Source of the DNA: a virus
Virus record (IMG/VR): IMGVR_UViG_3300029171_000001
Length of the DNA: 64,000 nucleotides
Strand: one strand, 5' to 3'
The notes beneath the pieces were generated by a model. It was not told where the DNA came from. It made no database searches and worked only from the letters and a program-made list of their open reading frames with translations. Positions 1 to 8,157 of the stretch are shown piece by piece; positions within the stretch are counted from its first letter, which is position 1, and every line of letters starts with the position of its first letter. Both the position numbers and the translations under genes were made by a program.

Positions 1-197
1 ACCATTTTACCCTCTGACATTTTTAATAAATTCAGTTCTCTATTGGGGTTTTTCAAACACCACGCTATATGATTTCCAAATTGTTGGTGTTTTTCATATT
101 GTATCAATTCTTTGCAATGTTTACACTCTTTTTTCATGTTTTTATTTATAAATATAGTGAAAAACTGAAATTGAAGTGTGTTTATTAATATTTTTTG

Positions 198-270
<73 letters not shown>

Positions 271-374
271 ATGGAGCAACCTCAGATAACACATCGAATT
301 TATGTATACTTCATTCAACTCAACTACGAGTTACTGACCGTAGTTTTGGAGTTATCCTCTGGTTGCATTTTTTG

Positions 375-459
375 AGCAGTGAATGGGGCTCGAACCCACG
401 ACATCCGCCTTGGCAAGGCGGTACTCTACGACTTTTGTCTCCAACTGAGCTATCACTGC
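375..459 (-). tRNA. tRNA-Gly(GCC) with D-loop hairpin insert
   Basis: Full cloverleaf, loop TTGCCAA, U73; D-loop carries GAC-AAAA-GTC. Confidence 0.85.
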
Positions 460-466
460 ATATTTG

Positions 467-540
467 AGCAAGTAACGGGGATCGAACCCGCTCTGTTCCA
501 GTTTGGAAGGCTAGCGCACCACCACTTATGCGTCACTTGC
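467..540 (-). tRNA. tRNA-Gly(TCC)
   Basis: GCAAGTG/TACTTGC acceptor, loop CTTCCAA, U73. Confidence 0.88.
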
Positions 541-593
541 ATGGAGAGGGACAGGTTATTTATACCTTTAAAGGACTCCCTCAGACCTTTTTG

Positions 594-666
594 AGCGGAA
601 GACGAGTCTCGAACTCGCCACCCCCTGCTTGGAAGGCAGGCGCTCTACCAAATGAGCTACTTCCGC
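594..666 (-). tRNA. tRNA-Gly(TCC)
   Basis: Canonical cloverleaf, CCTGC-CTTCCAA-GCAGG. Confidence 0.95.
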
Positions 667-765
667 TGGTTCGGGTCGTTTACCTTATCGGAAAGGTAAA
701 TATGAATTGAATTCACTACAAATCACCTTACATGGCTACATGCTTAACACTGACCCTTCTGTTTG

Positions 766-853
766 AGCACCAGATCGGACTCGAACCGATAACCTTTTGA
801 TTGGAAGTCAAACGCTCTAAGACTTTCGTCAAACCATTAGGAGCTACTGATGC
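766..853 (-). tRNA. tRNA-Gly(TCC) with D-loop GAAA hairpin
   Basis: GCATCAG/CTGGTGC acceptor, TTTGA-CTTCCAA-TCAAA, D-loop GAC-GAAA-GTC. Confidence 0.85.
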
Positions 854-1016
854 AGTTTAACCGATTTTTCTTTAATTTTCAGAGGGCGGCAATCGGTTTA
901 GCCTTTCTGCTACTCTTAAATAATTGGTATGGGTATTACATTTCTGCAAAACTACAAACCCATCTTTACAGCGATACACATCTACCCGTAGTTAGGTCAC
1001 AGATATGGCGCAGTAG

Positions 1017-1135
1017 TGGGGAGAGCTAGACTCGAACTAACATAGCCATTTAAGGCAGCGTGGTTACGACCACACAATGCTTACCGTACCGAGCTTCGAT
1101 GATCAGTCGAAAAGCGTGTACATTGCCATCTCCCC
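1017..1135 (-). ncRNA. 119-nt tRNA-Tyr-like RNA with large D-loop insert and 6-nt anticodon loop
   Basis: GGGGAGA/TCTCCCC+A73, T-arm GTTAG-TTCGAGT-CTAGC, GCC/GGC extra arm, loop TCGTAA. Confidence 0.6.
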
Positions 1136-1163
1136 AAATATTTTTTTTGATTTTTTTAGACGT

Positions 1164-1625
1164 TTATTCGTCTTTTTTGCTGTTGGCGTATTTTACACCC
1201 ATGATAGTTCCAATGATACTAAAACTATTTGTAAGAAGTATGCTAAACATATTACTCCATGTTGATTCTATGATTTTTACCTCATAACCTTTTACAAGAG
1301 CCAGAACATATAATCCTGTTGTAATTATTCCAACACCAAGTATAATCCCAAGAGCAACTTTTACAATTTGACCAACTAATTGATTTTGAGTTTTCTTTTG
1401 TAAAACCTCTAATTCGTGAAGTGCATCTTCTTTTTCTTGAGCATTTTTTTGACTTTGTTCAAGATGCCACTTGTTTATTCTACCAACACTTGTACCCAAC
1501 TCACGAGCCACAGAAAATTGGTTTTCAAATTCTTTTCCATTTATTTTACCAGTTCTCAAATATTCCTCATAAAGCTTTATCTTTTCTGGGGTAAATTCTG
1601 AATTTGTCATTTCTTCTTTTGCCAT
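1164..1625 (-). CDS. hypothetical membrane protein
   Basis: 153-aa ORF, two hydrophobic C-terminal segments. Confidence 0.7.
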   Translation of the reverse strand: MAKEEMTNSEFTPEKIKLYEEYLRTGKINGKEFENQFSVARELGTSVGRINKWHLEQSQKNAQEKEDALHELEVLQKKTQNQLVGQIVKVALGIILGVGIITTGLYVLALVKGYEVKIIESTWSNMFSILLTNSFSIIGTIMGVKYANSKKDE

Positions 1626-1696
1626 TGCTTGTGTTTTTTATCAATAATAAATATTTGATAAATTATTCGGGCACTGGTGTTTTGAAAAATTTTTTG

Positions 1697-1772
1697 TGGA
1701 GACGATGAGAATTGAACTCACCTCACGCTGATTGCAAATCAGCATCGCCTAGCCATTGGTACATGCGCCCCC
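1697..1772 (-). tRNA. tRNA-Ala(TGC)
   Basis: GCTGA-TTTGCAA-TCAGC, G3:U70, A73. Confidence 0.92.
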
Positions 1773-1833
1773 AATTAATTTCAAGGCCCCCGCAGTGATG
1801 AGCTGCAAGTTTGGTTATCATCCGACCTTATCG

Positions 1834-1919
1834 TGGAGACGACGGGACTCGAACCCGCATTAGAACTTTCGTCCGTCCTGATTGCAAATCAGGTGCCTAG
1901 CCAATTAGACTACATCCCC
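1834..1919 (-). tRNA. tRNA-Ala(TGC) with extra (variable) arm
   Basis: G3:U70, CCTGA-TTTGCAA-TCAGG, variable region GGAC-GAAA-GTTC. Confidence 0.88.
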
Positions 1920-1924
1920 ATTTG

Positions 1925-1998
1925 TGGAGGTAAACGGATTCGAACCGATGACCCCCTGCTTGCAAAGCAGGTGCTCTAGCCAGCTGAGCTATACCCCC
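1925..1998 (-). tRNA. tRNA-Ala(TGC)
   Basis: Canonical, CCTGC-TTTGCAA-GCAGG, G3:U70. Confidence 0.96.
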
Positions 1999-2119
1999 AA
2001 TTTAAAAATGTGGCCTGGCATTGTGAGGTTTAACCATTGTATGTCTCTTGCATCAATAGCCAAGTTCACCAATTTTGTCACCGTAAAGAGAATGAATAGG
2101 TAACTACCACATTTATTTT

Positions 2120-2524
2120 TTATTTCCACATTCCACCTGAATGTAATTTTTCAATTTCTTTTTCAAGTTTCTTTTGTTTTTTTCTTTGAATAAAGTCATC
2201 AAACTCTTTCATTAAAGGTTCTGGAATTTCAATTCCTTTATCTGAAAACTCTTTTAAAATTTCTTCCTTTGTAAAACTATGTTCAACAATTCCATCTGTC
2301 CACTGATCTCTCCAAAGCCCCCAACCTTTTTTACCAATCAAAACTGACTTCATAATGTTTGGGTGTTTTGTATAAATCTTCTTACCTCCACCATATTGTC
2401 CATTTTCAAACTTTCTGAAACAATTTTTAACCTCTGGACCATTTATATCAAAATAGACTTCTATCGGTGTTCCACAAAACGTTATCAATCCTTTTCGATT
2501 AATGTCGAAGAAAAATTTAAACAT
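2120..2524 (-). CDS. hypothetical protein (true start may be near 2658 via a 1-nt indel)
   Basis: 134-aa ORF; frame stays open upstream to 2677 without an ATG. Confidence 0.7.
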   Translation of the reverse strand: MFKFFFDINRKGLITFCGTPIEVYFDINGPEVKNCFRKFENGQYGGGKKIYTKHPNIMKSVLIGKKGWGLWRDQWTDGIVEHSFTKEEILKEFSDKGIEIPEPLMKEFDDFIQRKKQKKLEKEIEKLHSGGMWK

Positions 2525-2688
2525 CTTATTGAAACTATCAGAATATTTCTGAAGCTTCCTATCTAACTGTGTTCCAATTTCTTTTTTTCTTTGCTCAATT
2601 CTTTTGAGTCTTTCATTGGTTAGCTTCTCGCTCCCCAGCGCTCTTTCTCGCCTTTCATAATTTTTATTTTTAAGTGGTTAATAATTTG

Positions 2689-2803
2689 TCACCAAGAGAG
2701 GACTTGAACCTCTGATCATACGGAATTTTCCGTTACATCCACACGATTTCTTTTTTCTCTCTGGTTACGTTTACCAAATACACTTCAAAGATCTAACTTG
2801 GTG
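2689..2803 (-). ncRNA. tRNA-like RNA (acceptor and T-arm only, irregular middle)
   Basis: CACCAAG/CTTGGTG+A, AGAGG-TTCAAGT-CCTCT; no 7-nt anticodon arm. Confidence 0.5.
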
Positions 2804-2808
2804 TTTTG

Positions 2809-2884
2809 TAGAGTAGACGGGACTCGAACCCGCATTAATCTCCTCATCCCAAATGAGGCGAGACACCAATTCCTCTACTACTCT
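2809..2884 (-). tRNA. tRNA-Pro(TGG)
   Basis: CCTCA-TTTGGGA-TGAGG, T-loop TTCGAGT, A1:U72. Confidence 0.88.
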
Positions 2885-2926
2885 ATATTCTAGGTTTGGT
2901 AATTGACAGACCTAGAAAACTGCACG

Positions 2927-3011
2927 TGGTTGGGGTGATCGGATTCGAACCGACTCAGCCTAAGCAACGGTTTTACAGACCGTCCTAACTCTCCAGCGTT
3001 AGCGCACCCCA
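2927..3011 (-). tRNA. tRNA-Tyr(GTA), CCA encoded
   Basis: ACGGT-CTGTAAA-ACCGT, variable arm, ends ACCA. Confidence 0.9.
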
Positions 3012-3014
3012 ATA

Positions 3015-3092
3015 TGGTGGGATAGAAGGGACTTGAACCCTATGCGGTTGAGTTTTACAGACCCTCCGACTCTATTTCCTTGGCGTTATCCC
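3015..3092 (-). tRNA. tRNA-Tyr(GTA), degenerate
   Basis: Loop CTGTAAA, T-loop TTCAAGT, ACCA end; mismatches in several stems. Confidence 0.6.
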
Positions 3093-3225
3093 AGTTACAA
3101 TTTTTTAATGGATTGTGAACCATTTTTTGTTTAGGAGTAGGTATTAATCTTTACAGACAAGTTACCTTCCCGTGTACTTTAGGTAGTCTTAATTACATCA
3201 CTTCGTAATCTCGACAACTCCCAAG

Positions 3226-3301
3226 CGGTCCTAGAGGGAGTCGAACCCTCGTTCTGCCCAGATAGACAGTCTGGTTCCCATCCCAGTGGGCTCATAGGAC
3301 C
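3226..3301 (-). tRNA. tRNA-Asp(GTC)
   Basis: CCAGA-CTGTCTA-TCTGG, G73. Confidence 0.9.
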
Positions 3302-3327
3302 ATTTGAGTTTTACGTTCTCCAACGAG

Positions 3328-3403
3328 CGGGCTATACGGGATTTGAACCCGTGATCTCTACCGTGACAGGGTAGCAGGGACGGCCAGACTCCCCTAATAG
3401 CCC
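3328..3403 (-). tRNA. tRNA-Asp(GTC)
   Basis: CTACC-CTGTCAC-GGTAG, G73. Confidence 0.95.
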
Positions 3404-3436
3404 AATTTGATTTTTGTCTAGGTTTTCTCCTAGTTG

Positions 3437-3521
3437 CGGGAGTGAAGGGACTCGAACCCTCGACCTCTGCCGTGACAGGGCAGCATTCTAGGCTTGCGCC
3501 AACCAACTGAACTACACCCCC
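3437..3521 (-). tRNA. tRNA-Asp(GTC) with D-loop GCAA hairpin
   Basis: CTGCC-CTGTCAC-GGCAG; D-loop GGC-GCAA-GCC. Confidence 0.88.
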
Positions 3522-3534
3522 ATTTTTATTCTTG

Positions 3535-3603
3535 TCATCAAGACTGGATTTCCACCAGTAACCTCCCTGTGCACGGGGCTCTAAAAATTATAGCTACTTG
3601 ATG
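3535..3603 (-). ncRNA. 69-nt tRNA-like RNA with shortened anticodon arm
   Basis: CATCAAG/CTTGATG+A, D-arm, CCC-GTGCACA-GGG, T-arm ACTGG-TGGAAAT-CCAGT. Confidence 0.55.
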
Positions 3604-3607
3604 AAGT

Positions 3608-3690
3608 ATGATGGTAATTGTGAAGCTATGTTTTTCGATTGGAAGTCAAATGCCCTAACGGGCTAGAAGTAAGCAAACACATGGCCATCA
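3608..3690 (-). pseudogene. degenerate tRNA-Gly(TCC)-like remnant
   Basis: TTTGA-CTTCCAA-TCGAA arm and TGATGG/CCATCA ends, no T-arm. Confidence 0.35.
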
Positions 3691-3696
3691 ATAAGT

Positions 3697-3775
3697 ACAC
3701 TGCAGTGGGATTTTCACCCTCGGTTACATCTCATTCCTAACATGGAATGTATCTTAAAAGTTAGACGACACAGCG
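3697..3775 (-). ncRNA. degenerate tRNA-like RNA
   Basis: Wobble-rich acceptor, D-stem GTCT/AGAT, CATTCC/GGAATG arm with even-sized loop, T-loop TGAAAAT. Confidence 0.4.
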
Positions 3776-3854
3776 ATTTAATTTCCTACGGGGTTGAAAC
3801 TTACGTATGAAGAGCGACTTCACAGAGATAAATAACAACTCACCCGTTTATGTG

Positions 3855-3949
3855 TCAGGAGTGAGGGAGTCGAACCCTCGGCAAGCAACAACTGAGTGCT
3901 CGCACTGGTTTCCAAGACCAGCCGTTTAGACCAACTCACGCAACTCCTG
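3855..3949 (-). tRNA. tRNA-Pro(TGG) with 8-bp extra arm (95 nt)
   Basis: CAGGAGT/ACTCCTG+A73, CTGGT-CTTGGAA-ACCAG, GCGAGCAC/GTGCTTGC arm. Confidence 0.85.
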
Positions 3950-3993
3950 ATATGAAGTTTTTGATTTAAAAACAAAAACAACAAAACAAATCG

Positions 3994-4066
3994 TCAGGGT
4001 GACAGGGGTTGAACCTGCGACCTCCTGGTCCCAAACCAGGCGCTCTCCCAACTGAGCTACACCCTG
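3994..4066 (-). tRNA. tRNA-Pro(TGG)
   Basis: Canonical, CCTGG-TTTGGGA-CCAGG, C1:G72, A73. Confidence 0.95.
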
Positions 4067-4153
4067 AAGTGCTGTGGGTTTTGGAGTACCCACAGCTAAA
4101 TTTCCCAATATGTCAAAGATCTCATGTTATTTTTTACCTGAAATAACCAAAAC

Positions 4154-4184
4154 AAAAAACCCGCTCTTTTTAGGGAGCGGGTTT
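4154..4184 (-). terminator. intrinsic terminator of attenuator 1
   Basis: AAACCCGCTC-CCTAAAAA-GAGCGGGTTT followed by TTTGTTTT, between leader and first tRNA. Confidence 0.9.
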
Positions 4185-4214
4185 GTTAATTCCTTTTGTT
4201 TATATCACTTGTTT

Positions 4215-4346
4215 TTATCCAAGCTTTCTAAAAGTCAAAACATATCCGCTCCCATAGCTATAATCATAAGCTGGGGCATACCCTGCACCGCCCATCATCG
4301 GGGCAATTGCTGGAGTAGTTGCTGAATATGTAGTTACTGTTTTCAC
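4215..4346 (-). CDS. leader peptide MKTVTTYSATTPAIAPMMGGAGYAPAYDYSYGSGYVLTFRKLG (GTG start)
   Basis: Hand-translated 43 aa; Pro/Ala/Gly/Tyr/Asp-rich; contains GGGAGCGG complementary to the terminator arm. Confidence 0.8.
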   Translation of the reverse strand: MKTVTTYSATTPAIAPMMGGAGYAPAYDYSYGSGYVLTFRKLG

Positions 4347-4426
4347 CTGTTTTATTTTCTTTTAATTGTTAAAACCTATTTCTAGGTTCTTTTGATAAAT
4401 AGTAGAAAAAATTGTTTTTCGATAAT

Positions 4427-4455
4427 TTATACGTACAAAGATAGAATAAGTTTCA
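4427..4455 (-). promoter_or_regulatory. promoter TGAAAC-N16-CGTATAA with embedded TATCTTTG
   Basis: Near-identical ~48-bp block repeated at 31109-31156; TAnnTTTG is the Bacteroidetes -7 element. Confidence 0.75.
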
Positions 4456-4516
4456 ACAAGAAACAAGTTTTTTTTGAAAAAATCTTCTAAGTGATTAAAA
4501 ATCAATCCAATTAATT

Positions 4517-4720
4517 TTATTTAGACACATTTTTTGTTTGGATAAATTCGATCAATTTGTTTAATCTACACTCACACATAAAAGCATCATCATGAATGCA
4601 AACTTTTTCAAACTTCATTATAGACTCCTTTGGATATTCCTGACCATAAGAAGTGACACTATATAACATCTGCTTAATCACATCAAGATCCTCGTCTTTT
4701 AATACGTAAATGTTTGCCAT
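4517..4720 (-). CDS. hypothetical protein
   Basis: 67-aa ORF tiling with neighbours. Confidence 0.65.
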   Translation of the reverse strand: MANIYVLKDEDLDVIKQMLYSVTSYGQEYPKESIMKFEKVCIHDDAFMCECRLNKLIEFIQTKNVSK

Positions 4721-4723
4721 TTT

Positions 4724-5176
4724 TTACCAATTAAGTTTTTTAGCAGTGTTTTTAAATATCTCACATACTTGTTCGGAGATTTGAAATCTGTCCTTGTTTA
4801 AAGAGATAGATTTATAAATATCTCCATCTGCATGTCTCTCGGTTGCAGCCTTCCAATCCATCAACATTTCAATTAAATCGAAAATATCAAATCCATTTAT
4901 GCCATTTTCATAATGTTCTGGATGATGAGAATTGTTTGCATAATGATGATCTAAAGCTGGCTTAAGTTCTTTAAGCGATTCTTTATATTCAGGAGAACCA
5001 TAAGTAAGCCCTTTTAATTTTTCTGTAGCTTTATCAAACCACTCCTTTTCTGGATTTTCAAGTTTGGATTGATCATGTTTGTTTGCTCTATTTAAAAGTT
5101 CTATTGAAGCCTCGTTTAAAAGTTGAGCAACTCTTTTTATGTGTTTTAATGTATCAACTGTACTATCGTATGACAT
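4724..5176 (-). CDS. DUF5662-like protein (HD-like)
   Basis: HDQSKLE, HHYANNSHHPEHY, DLIEMLMDW motifs; start re-set to MSYDST. Confidence 0.7.
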   Translation of the reverse strand: MSYDSTVDTLKHIKRVAQLLNEASIELLNRANKHDQSKLENPEKEWFDKATEKLKGLTYGSPEYKESLKELKPALDHHYANNSHHPEHYENGINGFDIFDLIEMLMDWKAATERHADGDIYKSISLNKDRFQISEQVCEIFKNTAKKLNW

Positions 5177-5225
5177 ATTTTTTTGTTTATATAAAAATAT
5201 AAACAAAATATAACAAAAACAAATT

Positions 5226-5771
5226 TTAATTTTTTGTACTCAACATCAAATCCTTCACATTCTGCACACAAAATCCATGACCTTCTCTTCTGATCAATTC
5301 ATAAATCACCCCTGTAAGCTCTGACGGTTTTGTAAACACTTGCTCTAACCCTGGGCACTTCAACGGTTCTGGAGATAAAAATTCACCATACCCCTTATCT
5401 TCCCACTCTTTCATTGTTGCTGCAACATCATCAACCTGAAACGCCATATGGTGAATTCCGCCTACACCATCTCTTGCTTTTACCCAATCTCCGACGATTG
5501 AATTCTCTTCACCATCTGATATGAAAATTTCTGGAGCCACATGATAGACCTGGTTAATATCGCCAAATGGAAAGTTTATTGCCCAAGGCAAATTCTCGCT
5601 CACCTTTTCAGATGGCACAAGCACAAGACAATTGGCCTCTGTACCATCATCAAATTGTAATTTAAAGCCATCTGGAAGATCTTCAGCAATTTTATACCCA
5701 AGGCAATCAACAAAGAATTGGGCTGTTTTATGACGGTTTTTGACCCTGTAGGCCACGTGGTCTAATCTCAT
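5226..5771 (-). CDS. VOC/glyoxalase superfamily protein
   Basis: LDHVAYRV, GIHHMAFQVDDV, C-terminal YELI. Confidence 0.8.
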   Translation of the reverse strand: MRLDHVAYRVKNRHKTAQFFVDCLGYKIAEDLPDGFKLQFDDGTEANCLVLVPSEKVSENLPWAINFPFGDINQVYHVAPEIFISDGEENSIVGDWVKARDGVGGIHHMAFQVDDVAATMKEWEDKGYGEFLSPEPLKCPGLEQVFTKPSELTGVIYELIRREGHGFCVQNVKDLMLSTKN

Positions 5772-5849
5772 TTTTGTAAAGGTTTATTTTTAAATAGTAC
5801 AAAAAAAATCCCCGTGTTTTCACACGAGGAATTCTTTTTTATTGTTTTT

Positions 5850-6539
5850 TTAAAAAGACCTAAACAATTCAAACAACAAAAACTTACAACGTTTTAATTT
5901 TGGAGAAGAAATTTTAGATGTATTAACAAATTGTAAATTTGTGTCAACATCCCTTTGTAATTCTTCTTTATAACACAATAATTCTTCAAAAGTAAACCCA
6001 TCTGTCCAGCGAGTAAAAATTGAGGTTCGATTAGTTTTATAATTTTCTATTGCGGTTTTTATTTCTGGCAATTGGTACTGATTATGATACAAAATACAAA
6101 TCTCATTCAATAATTCTATAAGCGCATTATGGTGCACAACATGTTCTACTAATTTAACTTCATACTTTTTAATATCATTAACTATTTCTTTGCATCTAAT
6201 AATATGGTCTTGATCACGTATTTTATTAACTTGGGGAGGCTCTTTAACAAATAATTTTCCATTTTTTAAAATAACATATTTGTGTAATACAGCATTAACT
6301 ATACCTGTAGCTTTAATCAATTCAACAATACGACTATTAATGAAAAAACAAATTAATCCTATAATTCCAAGCGGCACTTTGAAGTCTGTTTCTGGATTCC
6401 AATTTTTCCAAAATAAACTAAGAAATATTGCAACTGCTAAACATGCTTTATGCCAAGTGAGATAATTATAATAGCGTAAACCCGCAAATCCAAACAACAT
6501 CAAACAAACAATCTCCCATTTATATTGTATGATTTCCAT
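5850..6539 (-). CDS. hypothetical membrane protein
   Basis: 229 aa, hydrophobic N-terminus. Confidence 0.7.
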   Translation of the reverse strand: MEIIQYKWEIVCLMLFGFAGLRYYNYLTWHKACLAVAIFLSLFWKNWNPETDFKVPLGIIGLICFFINSRIVELIKATGIVNAVLHKYVILKNGKLFVKEPPQVNKIRDQDHIIRCKEIVNDIKKYEVKLVEHVVHHNALIELLNEICILYHNQYQLPEIKTAIENYKTNRTSIFTRWTDGFTFEELLCYKEELQRDVDTNLQFVNTSKISSPKLKRCKFLLFELFRSF

Positions 6540-6540
6540 A

Positions 6541-8157
6541 TTATTTCATTTTTATTGCTGTGATATACATAAATTTCTCTCTAATATCAGTAACACCGAG
6601 AATATCAAAGCCAGCTTGGATTAATAAATTTTCTAGTTCTTTCTGTTTTTGTTCAATTAACTCTGCTTCCCCAACAGTTTCCGCTATATATATAATACCT
6701 TTTCGCTTTAAAACTCTATAAGCTTCCTTAAGATAATATTCTTTGTCTTTTTTTGTACCCCAAAGCGATAAAGAAAAAACAGCTATATCATGAGTTTTGT
6801 CTTTTATAAATTTAGATATATCACTCATATCACATTCAATAACTGACTCATCAAAAGCAACATGGTCAATAGAAGTAACTTTATTGTTTGGAATTTCTTT
6901 CTTCAGCTCATTGCCACCACAACCAAAGTCAATTATAACATCAGAAGAATCTGTGATTTTTTTGGCAATCTCTTCATACGGAGCTTCTTTCCAGTAATCC
7001 ATATTCTCTTTTCTGAGTTTATGATATTCAAAAAATTCATTTGGGTTATCTTTGAAAAATTTGCCCATCTTTTTAGCAGAAGTGGTTCGTCCCATCTTAT
7101 TTATTTTTTGGATTTTACTAAGAACAAAATTATTATTCACAACTTGTTCTTCGCAATTTAAATTTCTTGAAAAACTAACCATGCCCCCCTCTAAACCAAA
7201 TGTATTCCAAGGTTCACAAGGCAACTTTTTCTTCTCCTTTTTTTCAATTAACTTGTACTTTTTTATCCAATTATCAGCAGATAAAACACTGTGTTTTTTT
7301 GCCAACGAAATACATTCTTCTATTGAGGATACATCAAAACCATAAGAGGTACCAAGCAAACTTGAAAACGCTGTAATTCCACCATCTAAACCAAATGTAT
7401 TCCAAGGCTCACAAGGCAACTTTTTCTTCTCCACTTGTTGAATTATCTTGTAATTTTTTACCCAATTAAATCCTGTGAAAATTTTATTTTTTTTCGCTAT
7501 TTCAACACATTCTTCTATTGAGGATACATCAAAACTATAAGAGGTACCAAGCAATCTTGAAAATTCAACTTGTCCTCCTTTTAAGTCAAATGTTTTCCAC
7601 GGACTTGATGGCAATTTCTTTTTCTCCTTTTTGCCGATATCTTTGTGTTTTTTTGCCCAAGAAAAAGCGGTAGTAATATCATATTTACTTGCCAGTAAAA
7701 CACATTCTTCGATTGAAGATACATCGAAATCATAATTTTTATCAATCAATCTTGAAAATTCAACTTGTCCTCCTTTTAAGCCAAATGTTTTCCACGGACT
7801 TGATGGCAATTTCTTTTTCTCCTTTTTGCCGATATCTTTGTATTTTTTTGCCCACTCCACTGAAGATATAACACTATATTTTTTTGCCAATTTAACACAT
7901 TCTTCTATTGAGGATACATCAAAACTATAAGAGGTACCAAGCAATCTTGAAAATTCAACTTGTCCCCCTTCTAAGTCAAATGTTTTCCACGGATGAGATG
8001 GGAGTTTTTTTCTTTCATTTTTACCTATGACTTTACAATTCTTTATCCAAGCTTTTGCTGATATAATCTCATATTTCTTTGCCAATGCGACACATTCTTC
8101 GATTGATGTTGCATTAAAATCATAGGAACCATCGAGTAACATTGAAAATTTAGCCAT
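6541..8157 (-). CDS. 65-aa repeat array plus RRP8-like SAM methyltransferase (3' half of split gene)
   Basis: Five repeats, then IIDFGCG, IECDMS, DIAVFSLSLWG, EAYRVLK. Confidence 0.75.
   Translation of the reverse strand: MAKFSMLLDGSYDFNATSIEECVALAKKYEIISAKAWIKNCKVIGKNERKKLPSHPWKTFDLEGGQVEFSRLLGTSYSFDVSSIEECVKLAKKYSVISSVEWAKKYKDIGKKEKKKLPSSPWKTFGLKGGQVEFSRLIDKNYDFDVSSIEECVLLASKYDITTAFSWAKKHKDIGKKEKKKLPSSPWKTFDLKGGQVEFSRLLGTSYSFDVSSIEECVEIAKKNKIFTGFNWVKNYKIIQQVEKKKLPCEPWNTFGLDGGITAFSSLLGTSYGFDVSSIEECISLAKKHSVLSADNWIKKYKLIEKKEKKKLPCEPWNTFGLEGGMVSFSRNLNCEEQVVNNNFVLSKIQKINKMGRTTSAKKMGKFFKDNPNEFFEYHKLRKENMDYWKEAPYEEIAKKITDSSDVIIDFGCGGNELKKEIPNNKVTSIDHVAFDESVIECDMSDISKFIKDKTHDIAVFSLSLWGTKKDKEYYLKEAYRVLKRKGIIYIAETVGEAELIEQKQKELENLLIQAGFDILGVTDIREKFMYITAIKMK

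Noticed and set aside
670-760. Hairpin-rich spacers (also 3125-3222, 3785-3846, 28640-28710, 29805-29870, 36610-36755)
   Set aside because: Terminal stems are present but there is no T-loop or repeated architecture to support a call; possibly decayed tRNA-like RNAs
2524-2660. uORF MKGEKERWGARS upstream of the 2120-2524 gene
   Set aside because: One extra A after the ATG at 2658 would join it to the open upstream frame; probably an indel rather than a leader
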